Positions 1 to 8,410 of a DNA stretch of 64,000 nt are shown in pieces. A program made the translations under genes and the position numbers. Below the pieces are notes generated by a model that saw nothing but the letters and a program-made list of their open reading frames with translations, did not search any database and was not told the origin of the DNA. Origin of the DNA: Candidatus Latescibacterota bacterium (GTDB taxonomy: Bacteria; Latescibacterota; UBA2968; GCA-2709665); assembly GCA_965205485.1 (NCBI GenBank), contig OZ242180.1, positions 2,304,001 through 2,368,000 on the forward strand, given 5' to 3'. The first letter of the stretch is position 1. Each line of letters opens with the position of its first letter.

Positions 1-17
1 CGGCCAGGATCGAATCA

Positions 18-1316
18 CTATAGTCGCGGCTGCTTGAAGACCCATACCTTTTCGCGATCGGTTACCAGGTACTCGTCTTGTCCGTCTCCGTCGACGTCTC
101 CGATGGTCGAGTTATGGCACGTCCCGAAATAACGGCCGCCGGCGGGAAATGACTCGAGACCGAATTTCTGAAACCGGTCGTGGAAGTTCTCCCTGGCTTT
201 CAGCTTTGCGAGTTCCCTGCCCGTGGGGTCCACCCACACCACGCGATGTTCGGCGTCGGACCTGGCCGGCCACTCCAGGCGCATCAGGCTGTCCCTGCCC
301 AGATCGGTCGCCCACGAAATGACCGAGTAATAGCCCATCGTCCGGTGACGCGACAGCTCGCGGCCGCCGGCGTTGACGATCGCGGCCTCCCTTTCCTCCG
401 GGCGGCCCAACGCCTTGTCCACGAAGGCCAGTTGAAGCCCCGGTTCGTCCTTGAAGAATCTACCCGGCAGGATGTTCTGGCAATGGTGCATCGGAACGGT
501 GAACCGCACCGTCCCATCCGAATTGTGTACGACCGCGTCGTGTCCGTCGTGGGCGAGGGCGAATTCGAACCGCCCGTCGTCGTCGATGTCGGCAATCACC
601 GAATCGTCCAGGTGGTCGTTATCGGACATCGGCGAGTGGGACCACAGGGGGCTGCCGTCGTGGTCGAACAGGCTGAAGCCGATCAGGAGTTCGTCCAGCC
701 CGTCGCCGTCCACGTCAGCGTAGTTGCCGCCATGCCCGGCGCCTTCGACCTCGATTTCCCAGACGACGTTGAAATTGTGGTCCAGCAGGAGGGAGGGATT
801 CCCGTAGCCATGGGTGGCCGAGGTGGTCACGCTCTTCGTGAAGACGTGGAACCGGCCTGAGCGATCGGTCCGGACCGCGCGGGCGAAATAGAACCCCGAA
901 TGGGGCAGCCTGTGACGCCTGCACAACGCCCCCGTGGCTCCTTTGTACACCATCAGTTCAGACTTGTGGATGAGCATGATCTCGACCTGACCGTCCCCGT
1001 CCAGGTCCACCACCTGGCAGAAGTTGCTGCCGTTCCATGAAAAGGGCCGCTCGAGCGCCCACGGCTCTCCCACCTGCCATAGAACCTGTCCCTCCCCGTC
1101 GGCAAGGGTCAGACAGAAAAGCTCCTGTTCTTCCACGCCGGTCTTGTACCCCTGCACGTCGGGAAATCGCGGATCGAACGCCTCGTTGGCATGCGCTCCC
1201 GCGTTCTGGACGAACAGGACTTCGTTCTTTCCGTCGCCGTTGAAGTCCCGGACGGTGAAAGCCGGGCATCCCCAGGGGCGCACGTCCCAGACGGCGGCGG
1301 GATCGACGGTTTTCAT
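18..1316 (-). CDS. FG-GAP/VCBS-repeat beta-propeller protein, rhamnogalacturonan lyase (PL11)-like
   Basis: Repeated DxDGDG motifs (DFNGDGKNE, DLDGDGQVE, DVDGDGLDE, DIDDDGRFE, DVDGDGQDE); GAGHGGNYADVDGDG resembles PL11. Start moved to ATG 1316 (MKTVDP), which has a GAGGAG RBS. Confidence 0.65.
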   Translation of the reverse strand: MKTVDPAAVWDVRPWGCPAFTVRDFNGDGKNEVLFVQNAGAHANEAFDPRFPDVQGYKTGVEEQELFCLTLADGEGQVLWQVGEPWALERPFSWNGSNFCQVVDLDGDGQVEIMLIHKSELMVYKGATGALCRRHRLPHSGFYFARAVRTDRSGRFHVFTKSVTTSATHGYGNPSLLLDHNFNVVWEIEVEGAGHGGNYADVDGDGLDELLIGFSLFDHDGSPLWSHSPMSDNDHLDDSVIADIDDDGRFEFALAHDGHDAVVHNSDGTVRFTVPMHHCQNILPGRFFKDEPGLQLAFVDKALGRPEEREAAIVNAGGRELSRHRTMGYYSVISWATDLGRDSLMRLEWPARSDAEHRVVWVDPTGRELAKLKARENFHDRFQKFGLESFPAGGRYFGTCHNSTIGDVDGDGQDEYLVTDREKVWVFKQPRL

Positions 1317-1330
1317 TACAGATGTACTCC

Positions 1331-2380
1331 TCAGGACAGGGGAAAGTCGACGCGCGTGTTGCCCGCGTGGTGCGATTTCAGGATGCCCAGGATGACCTCC
1401 AGCGACTTTCTCGCCTCCCTCGCGGGAGACACCGGGTCTCCGCCGTGTTCCAGCAGATGCACAAGTTCCGCCACCAAAGCGCCCTTGGAGTGCATCATGT
1501 AATGCTCCGTGACGATCTCGGAAGTCTCGAAGGAGCCGCCGCGGATCAGTCTCGCGGACGTATCGGTGGCTTCCACCCGCCCGTCCTCGCACGTCATGAC
1601 GAACCGCCAGCCGGAAAACGCGGTCTTGAAGGAGTTGTAAAAGGCCCTTACGCCGTTTTCGAACCGGATGTAAGCCGAGGCGTAGGGATCGCTCGCGGCG
1701 TCCTTCCCTCCGCCGCCCCGATATTCCGTGAAATCTTCGAACCCGTCCTCCAGATCCGCCACCAGCCAGAGCGGGTCACCGTCGGCGAGAAAGCAGACCG
1801 TATCCAGGGCGTGCGTCCCGTTGCGAAACAGCATCGAACGCGGACCGAACATCTCGCACTCGATGGTGCGCAGCGGTCCGATCTCCCCGCCGCGGAGGAT
1901 TTCGCGCGCCTTGAGGTAATGCGGGTACCACCGCCGGGAGTGGTCCACCGAAAGAACGGTCCCGTTCGCTTCGGTCGCCGCGATCATCCTGTCGGCGTCC
2001 TCCAGCGTTGTCGCAAGCGGTTTTTCGCAGAGAATCGCCGCCGTGCCGCGCTCGGCCGCGTCCACCACGATGTCGGCGTGGCGGTGGTCGGACGTCGCGA
2101 CGCTCACCAGATCGGGGTTTTCGGCTTCCAGCATCTCCCGATAATCCACATAGTAGCGCATATCGGGCCACACGTCGTTCCAGCTCTCCCGGAAACCGTC
2201 CAGCGCCTCCTCACGGAGGTCGCAAACAGCGGTCAGCCGCGTCCGAGGAGTACGGTAATAGGCCGAGGCGTGCGACATGGGCATCGCGCCGTACAGCGGC
2301 AATCCCTCCGCCTCTGCCGGACGTCTGGCCCCGATACCCGTCAGCCCCACGATAACCGCGCTGTATTCACGTCCGGACAT
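1331..2380 (-). CDS. Gfo/Idh/MocA family oxidoreductase
   Basis: Rossmann VGLTGIG, ILCEKPLA and NGTHALD motifs; start at MSGREY. Confidence 0.9.
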   Translation of the reverse strand: MSGREYSAVIVGLTGIGARRPAEAEGLPLYGAMPMSHASAYYRTPRTRLTAVCDLREEALDGFRESWNDVWPDMRYYVDYREMLEAENPDLVSVATSDHRHADIVVDAAERGTAAILCEKPLATTLEDADRMIAATEANGTVLSVDHSRRWYPHYLKAREILRGGEIGPLRTIECEMFGPRSMLFRNGTHALDTVCFLADGDPLWLVADLEDGFEDFTEYRGGGGKDAASDPYASAYIRFENGVRAFYNSFKTAFSGWRFVMTCEDGRVEATDTSARLIRGGSFETSEIVTEHYMMHSKGALVAELVHLLEHGGDPVSPAREARKSLEVILGILKSHHAGNTRVDFPLS

Positions 2381-2434
2381 ACGTTTCCCCCCTAACAATT
2401 TGAAATCGTCAGCAACGCGCAGCTCGGCCGGCGC

Positions 2435-4867
2435 TTATATCGTGATGTATTCCGAAGGCGTACTCGGGACGCCGCCGGCATCCACCGCAACGACACGATA
2501 GGACATTCCCTTCTTCCCATCGTTCAGCGGCCAGCGGGTTTCGCCAACGGCGCCGAGCAGATTCTCATCCGTCGCGGAGAATCCACCGGGCTCCCGGCAC
2601 CCGTGAACCCGATAGCGTACCGACGGGTTCCCGTCTGGATTCGCGGACCACACCAATGATCGCTCTCCGCCCCGGCCCTCCACCCTGAGGTCCACCGGCA
2701 GATTCGGACCGTGGGGCACGAAGGACCGCACTTCGCTCCAGTCTCCCCACACGCCCCTTTCGTTCCGGGCCCGCACGCGCCAGTAATAGACTTCATCGGG
2801 ATTCAGGAGATTCGGAAACTCCGCCTGCCATTTCGTCCCTCCCGCGTATGCGGTCCTTCCCACGTAGCGGTCGAACGCGGGGCAGACGCACCATCTGAAA
2901 TCCGCGTACCGGCTGACCTGGACGTGGTAATCGTCAACCTTTCCGGTACCCCCTCGCGGACGCTTCCAGCGGAATTCGAAGTCCAGCCGGTCGACGTCCG
3001 ACTCATTTTCAGGAAATACCAGCCGGGGCGCGCCCGGCGGTCGGATGGATCGCTCTTCCCGCCATCCGTACGTCACCCGCACGTTTCTGTACCCCGGGGT
3101 GTCGTCCCGGTAAGCGATCCTGTTCTCGCCGCAGAACAGCGAAGGAAGGGACCGCGTGGCGCACTGGATATCCGTATCGAAACGGATCGCGTCCAGGCCC
3201 ACCCCGTGAGGCCGCGACCCCGCCCACATGGCCACCTTGATATAGTACTGATAACACGGCCCCATCCGCCATCCGAGGTCCTTCTCGCCGCGCCAGTCGT
3301 TCAGCGCGGGATTCAGGTACCAGTCCAGGTCCACGCTGGCGTCCAGCCGCCGTCCGATGGCGACCCACACGGACCGCCACTCCTCTCCGTCCTTGGAAAG
3401 CAGCACTTCCAGACCGTCTTCCTGCGTGTCGCATCGACACCGGATGCCCACGCGCGCTCCGGCGATCGCGTAGGGCGACGCCACCCGCCACACCACCTCC
3501 GAAACCTGGCCCTGCTTCTCCGGATGCAGCGCAACGCGTCTGCCGGAGGTCTCCTGGATGACATTCCTCGCCGACTCGGTTCCGTTCAGTGCGAGCGGGC
3601 CGCGCAGGTCGGGCCGGTAGGCCAGCTTCCCGTTGGAATAGCGTACGGCCGGATAGAGTCGCCGTCCCCGAATCACGTTCTTTCCAACGTTGTCCCAGAA
3701 GCGGACAAGTTTCTCGCCCGGTCGCAACCGCAACGCCATGGTCTGTGCAGTCGGGAATTCCCCGGGCGTCTGATTTATCTTTCCCGCAGCGTCCATCCAG
3801 GCGCCGCCCTTGTTGGGCGGATAGACGTACTGGCCTTCCCGGAAGGGCGTATAGTAATAGTCCTTCTCGGGCAGGTCTCGCCCGCACAGGCCCAGGTTGC
3901 GGTGGGAGCGGCGCAGCAGGTCGATATCCCGCGCCAGGTCCCCGGAGCCGGCAACCGTGGTGTTGTCGCGATTCAGAAAGAACACCATCAGGTCCGTATC
4001 CAGAAAATGCCAGGCCCCGTCCGCGAACGCCTCGAAGATATCGTGTCCGCAGCTGCGCCCGCGACCGTAACCGTCGATGGTCCCGCCCAGCCAGATTTCC
4101 CGGCTCGTCACGCCCATCTGTTCCGCCAGGCGCCGGCTGGTGATCGCGTTGGCCACGCAGCCTTCGAAGCCGTAGACGTTGAAGAGTCTGACCGGGTCGC
4201 TGGTCTGGTCGAACCATGACATGCCGATCCGGCTGTCGTAGAGTTCGTCGACCACGAATTTCCAGACCGCCATCATCTTGTCCCCGTCGCTCAGGCTGCC
4301 GCCTCCGGCGATGCCTGCGATCTCTTCCGTCATCGTCTCCACGGACCACCAGTCCCGTTTTCCGTTGGCCACCACCCACGGGTTCACCACGTCCGTCTCT
4401 CCACGGTTCTCGATGACGACGTACTGGTTCGGTTCGAAGACCTGGTCGTACGGCGGCATGCTCGAATTCGGACCGGGACAGTAGACTTCCGGGCCCACGG
4501 TCACCGAATTGGATTCATCCAGGTACCCGCCCATCGAAATCGTGAATTCCTCACGGTTTTCCGTCAGCTCGATACGCTTTTCCTTCTGCGCACGGGGCAC
4601 CGCCACGCGAATGGGGGGCCCGCCACTAATGCCGCCGGCATCCGGATACAGGCTGGGCGCTCGCCATTCCGTCGCCAGATAGTAGTAGATCCTGCCAGGC
4701 TCCAGATGTACCGTATCGTCGTACGTCTCCTCGAATGCCACCCCGACCTCTTCATAGGGCCCGGACGCCCGCCGCGACCTGTAAATTCGGGCTCCGGGGA
4801 GACCCGCGAGATCCACCCCCAACCGTACGCGGTTCGCCGCGATCTGCAAAACCTTCAGTTTCGACAT
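2435..4867 (-). CDS. Transglutaminase-like (Cys-His-Asp) domain protein with fibronectin type III domains
   Basis: YGFEGCVANA...GHDIFEAFADGAWHFLDTD core; FnIII signature YYWRVRARNERGVWGDWSE. Confidence 0.65.
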   Translation of the reverse strand: MSKLKVLQIAANRVRLGVDLAGLPGARIYRSRRASGPYEEVGVAFEETYDDTVHLEPGRIYYYLATEWRAPSLYPDAGGISGGPPIRVAVPRAQKEKRIELTENREEFTISMGGYLDESNSVTVGPEVYCPGPNSSMPPYDQVFEPNQYVVIENRGETDVVNPWVVANGKRDWWSVETMTEEIAGIAGGGSLSDGDKMMAVWKFVVDELYDSRIGMSWFDQTSDPVRLFNVYGFEGCVANAITSRRLAEQMGVTSREIWLGGTIDGYGRGRSCGHDIFEAFADGAWHFLDTDLMVFFLNRDNTTVAGSGDLARDIDLLRRSHRNLGLCGRDLPEKDYYYTPFREGQYVYPPNKGGAWMDAAGKINQTPGEFPTAQTMALRLRPGEKLVRFWDNVGKNVIRGRRLYPAVRYSNGKLAYRPDLRGPLALNGTESARNVIQETSGRRVALHPEKQGQVSEVVWRVASPYAIAGARVGIRCRCDTQEDGLEVLLSKDGEEWRSVWVAIGRRLDASVDLDWYLNPALNDWRGEKDLGWRMGPCYQYYIKVAMWAGSRPHGVGLDAIRFDTDIQCATRSLPSLFCGENRIAYRDDTPGYRNVRVTYGWREERSIRPPGAPRLVFPENESDVDRLDFEFRWKRPRGGTGKVDDYHVQVSRYADFRWCVCPAFDRYVGRTAYAGGTKWQAEFPNLLNPDEVYYWRVRARNERGVWGDWSEVRSFVPHGPNLPVDLRVEGRGGERSLVWSANPDGNPSVRYRVHGCREPGGFSATDENLLGAVGETRWPLNDGKKGMSYRVVAVDAGGVPSTPSEYITI

Positions 4868-4899
4868 TGCTGTCCTCCGTGTCATCCGTCATGCGCCAG

Positions 4900-6036
4900 T
4901 CAGGTCGACGCGGGACCGTCGCCGCCCGTGTTCTCCCGCCTGGCGATCCGCTCGATCTGCGGCTGGAGGTAGGACATTACGGCGGCGAACACGACCAGGC
5001 CCCACCCGATGGAAAGGACCAGGTGGCCGGCGACCAGCGCCCGCGCCGCCAGGGACTGAGGGACGATTTCCGAGTAGTCCCTGGCCAGAGAGGTAAAGAA
5101 AGAGAATGCAATCCAGTCGACGACGCCGGACGCGGCGCCGTCGCCCGTGAACGCGTGCTGGCTGAAACGTCCCAGCATGCCGTAGAAGCCGGCGAACAGC
5201 ACAATAAGCGTCAGGTACCCGATGGCAAAGCTCCCGATGGGCACCCACATCACCCTCAGGTACTCGGTGAGTTGCCTGTAAACCCGGAGCCGGGGCTGAA
5301 TCCATACCGCTGCAGCCCGTCCCGCCAGGAACACGGAGACGGGTACGAAAAGCATGCACACGACGATATAGACCGTTGAGATCAAAAACGGGCTGACCGG
5401 GGCGTTATTGATCCGGACAGCGGACCCCTCGAATTCGTGCGCCGCGAGGAGGATCACAGAGGCCCACATCGCCACGGAACCAAGTATCAGCAACACCGGT
5501 GGACGGAAACGCCGCCTGGCGGCGATCTGCCCGTACGAGCCGGCGATCAGGGCGGTGGGCGGCATGACCATGAGTGAGGATATCAATCCGGCCCGACCGA
5601 GGCCGGGCAACAGACCCAATCCGAGCAGGACGGACATCATAAGAGACTCGAGGACGGCGCGTCGGTATCCGTGCCGGACCGCGGGCGAGATGCCGTCGAT
5701 CAGACCCACGGCGAGCGCGACGACCGGCGGAACGATGAAGAGCGTGCCGTCCTGGGGGATGATGCCGGCCAGAAGCGCGGTGATCAGCCCGGCCACGGAA
5801 CCGATCAGGATGCCCGTGGACAGACCGGTGCGCTGTCCCATGCGCAGGCCGATGCCGATGCCGAACGCGAGCCCGGAACCCGCGCCCATGAGGACGTCCT
5901 TGTGTACGCCGGTGATCGCGTAACCGAACGGTACCACGACGCAAGCGACACCGGCCGCGATGCGGATGCTGAGCCACGCCAGCCGGCCGACGGTACGATA
6001 CGAAAGACGCCCATCTGGAAGTTCAAATATCGGCAC
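4900..6036 (-). CDS. Gly-rich polytopic membrane protein with C-terminal ion-channel (TM-pore-TM)-like domain
   Basis: Many Gly-rich hydrophobic helices; C-terminal LFAGFY...WIAFSFFTSLARDYSEIVPQSLAARAL. GTG start is inferred. Confidence 0.6.
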   Translation of the reverse strand: MPIFELPDGRLSYRTVGRLAWLSIRIAAGVACVVVPFGYAITGVHKDVLMGAGSGLAFGIGIGLRMGQRTGLSTGILIGSVAGLITALLAGIIPQDGTLFIVPPVVALAVGLIDGISPAVRHGYRRAVLESLMMSVLLGLGLLPGLGRAGLISSLMVMPPTALIAGSYGQIAARRRFRPPVLLILGSVAMWASVILLAAHEFEGSAVRINNAPVSPFLISTVYIVVCMLFVPVSVFLAGRAAAVWIQPRLRVYRQLTEYLRVMWVPIGSFAIGYLTLIVLFAGFYGMLGRFSQHAFTGDGAASGVVDWIAFSFFTSLARDYSEIVPQSLAARALVAGHLVLSIGWGLVVFAAVMSYLQPQIERIARRENTGGDGPAST

Positions 6037-6120
6037 TACGAATTTCCCCTGAATCGCCGGTTTTTTGGGTCCTGCCCCGAAAAAACCCCCAACACCACCG
6101 GACGGGCTGTGTTTGGATTT

Positions 6121-6144
6121 GCAGGGCAACCCTTGTGGTTGCCC
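6121..6144 (+). repeat. REP-like palindrome GCAGGGCAACCCTTGTGGTTGCCC
   Basis: GGGCAACC/GGTTGCCC stem; intergenic. Confidence 0.6.
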
Positions 6145-6203
6145 ACGTGGCGATGGAGATACCAGCGATTCCCGACGCAATGGCTTAACGGAAACCGCTT
6201 TTG

Positions 6204-6233
6204 GCTGACTGCTGACGGCTGATAGCTGACAGC
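6204..6233. repeat. Heptamer tandem repeat (GCTGACT GCTGACG GCTGATA GCTGACA GC)
   Basis: Four GCTGAnn units, read directly from sequence. Confidence 0.8.
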
Positions 6234-6249
6234 CGAATTGTCATCCTCT

Positions 6250-7839
6250 TCAGGTACCGAATGCCATGGAGAATGCGATAAAGTCCGCGAAGTCGACGTT
6301 TCCGTCGCCGTCCAGATCGTACCTTCCGTCGTACGAAGCGGAATCCGAAGTCAGACCGAAATGACGCGCGAATGCGAGGAAGTCCTGAAAATCCACCTGT
6401 CTGTCGCCGTTGAAGTCCGCCGATCTCACCTCGGGCGGCCCGTCGAGCACGGCCCTGGCGTGAAGGATGTGCGGTATTTCCAGCCCGGGTCTGCCGACGC
6501 GGTCGAACAGCGCCCAATAGATGTCCCAGATCCGCGGATCCCAACGGCACAGCTCGATCCATCCCCGGATAATCTTCGCGTCTCCGTCCTGCCGATCGAC
6601 CCGGGAACCTATTTTCGGATTCGAGAGCGACCCGTTCCACATCTGGTCCGTCAGCGTCCTGGCGAACCGGAGCATGTCCGCCCGCGTGAAGACAACGCCC
6701 CGCCGGTAGGCCTCGACGGCGAACTCCACGTCGATGTGCCCGTGGCTCGTGTCCTCCGTGACGCTCTGGTCCGGCCTGCTCGCCTCCACCCAGTCCCAGT
6801 AAGCCCAGGTGTACGCATCGCCGGTTTCCTTCAAGGCATTCCTGAAGAACGCGGCCATCTGCCCGGCGCGTTCCTCGAACAGCGGCTCGTCCGACACGTC
6901 TTTCAGTACCAGGTAGACGCGGCCGAGCGCGAGGTACTGGTTGTGAGGGAGGATGCGGTTGGGAAATCGTTCGGCCGAGGATTCGGTGAACCGGTAGGCC
7001 CCCATCCCGGGCGCCATCTGCACCCAATGACGCTCCTGCTTTCTCAATACGCGCTCCTCGATCAATGCGAGGTAATCGCGCGCCTTTTCTCCGTATTTCG
7101 CCTCCAGGCTCTCGTCACTCAGGGCCAATTCGATAAACTGCGCGATGGGGTAAAGGATCATCCCCTCGTGAACGGCGTATTCCAGGGGGCGAACCGCCCA
7201 CGTCTCCACGCGAAACCTGTCTCCGATTTCGGGGGTCCTGTCCAGGCGCACTTCGAAACCCGGAATGCCGGGGATGTTCTGACCCAGAGTATATGGACCG
7301 CCATAGACCACTTTCGCGCGGGTGAGGTCCCGCACCACGTACCGGTTCGAAGCGACCCGTTCGATGATGAACTCCGCGTCGATCGCCTCGTGGGCCTGCT
7401 GTATATTCCTGACGGTGGCCTCTAACGGCGTGATGGACGCCGTCCCCCGGTTGTGCAGCGATTCGGCCCGCATCCGCGACACGGAATACCGGTCCGTGTG
7501 CCACCCGGGGATCCCGTCGCCGTCGTGGTCGCTCATATTGGCGACCATCCGGTCGAAGTGGTCCACGATCTTGTCCAGCCACCTCGTGTTCCGGGTTACG
7601 CGGTACATCTTGACGTAGGCGTTCAGCAGATAGCTTTCACCCCACGCCAGCGTGGCCGAACTCGCGCTCTCGGAATATCCCTTTCCCGCGTTTCTGGAGA
7701 CGTCGTAGCCCACGAATTGCTTCGCCAGGGCTTCCGGGTCGAACCCGGTAACCTGCGCCGGCGTTTCCCGTTCTGCGAAAAGCGCAAAGAAGCCAATCGC
7801 CACGAGAAGGGCTGATCCGACACGACGATTCATCTCCAT
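6250..7839 (-). CDS. Secreted helical-barrel-like protein with C-terminal paired EF-hand/dockerin-like tag
   Basis: Signal peptide (MNRRVGSALLVAIGFFALFA); LAWGESYLLNAYVKMY and EDTSHGH segments; C-terminus DFNGDRQVDFQDFLAF...YDLDGDGNVDFADFIAF. Confidence 0.65.
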   Translation of the reverse strand: MEMNRRVGSALLVAIGFFALFAERETPAQVTGFDPEALAKQFVGYDVSRNAGKGYSESASSATLAWGESYLLNAYVKMYRVTRNTRWLDKIVDHFDRMVANMSDHDGDGIPGWHTDRYSVSRMRAESLHNRGTASITPLEATVRNIQQAHEAIDAEFIIERVASNRYVVRDLTRAKVVYGGPYTLGQNIPGIPGFEVRLDRTPEIGDRFRVETWAVRPLEYAVHEGMILYPIAQFIELALSDESLEAKYGEKARDYLALIEERVLRKQERHWVQMAPGMGAYRFTESSAERFPNRILPHNQYLALGRVYLVLKDVSDEPLFEERAGQMAAFFRNALKETGDAYTWAYWDWVEASRPDQSVTEDTSHGHIDVEFAVEAYRRGVVFTRADMLRFARTLTDQMWNGSLSNPKIGSRVDRQDGDAKIIRGWIELCRWDPRIWDIYWALFDRVGRPGLEIPHILHARAVLDGPPEVRSADFNGDRQVDFQDFLAFARHFGLTSDSASYDGRYDLDGDGNVDFADFIAFSMAFGT

Positions 7840-7965
7840 TCCGGGCTCAGAGCGCTTTCGAACAAAGGATGGCAGAAATAAAGGCCACAAAGGACAAAAA
7901 ATGCCGATTCGTATCTCTGGCTCACAGTCATCATCCCCTGGCTCAAGCTGAACGTGACAAGGCCT

Positions 7966-8298
7966 TCAACGATGCGCCGGCACTTCTTCAGGGGCCATGC
8001 TCGGATGGACATCGATCTGCACGTCCACTCGCTGGCCGAGCTTGTTGAGTACGGTCATGAGACGGTCGATCGTGAAGCGATCAAGTTGAACGTTGCGAAT
8101 GCGAGTAAAGTCCGCATGGTTCACACCGGTGCGGCCCTCGGCTTTGCGTGTAGAAAGCCCTTCGTCGTCAAGAATGCCGATGATGCGGGCGGCCAGGAGC
8201 GCCTTGGTCTGCTGTACGTCGGCGTCGGCACGGCCGAAGTCGCGGAAGACGTTGCCGCTGCCATGCACCAACTCCAAATCGTCTTCTGGTTTGCTCAT
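7966..8298 (-). CDS. XRE-family HTH antitoxin (HigA-like)
   Basis: GSGNVFRDFG N-terminus and HTH region ending FTIDRLMTVL, typical of this antitoxin family. Confidence 0.85.
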   Translation of the reverse strand: MSKPEDDLELVHGSGNVFRDFGRADADVQQTKALLAARIIGILDDEGLSTRKAEGRTGVNHADFTRIRNVQLDRFTIDRLMTVLNKLGQRVDVQIDVHPSMAPEEVPAHR

Positions 8299-8387
8299 TG
8301 CTGAAACTCCTTTTTCAATCGCTTTAGTCGCTCGCGGATCAGATCGATATCCTTAACCAGGCAGACGCGGACCGACGCCTTGACCAT
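8295..8387 (-). pseudogene. C-terminal remnant of a RelE/Gp49-like toxin (30-aa ORF)
   Basis: MVKASVRVCLVKDIDLIRERLKRLKKEFQQ*; DLIRERLKRL resembles the C-terminus of such toxins; ATGA overlap with the antitoxin start. Confidence 0.65.
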
Positions 8388-8410
8388 TCCTTTCACGCGC
8401 GGGCGCTCCG

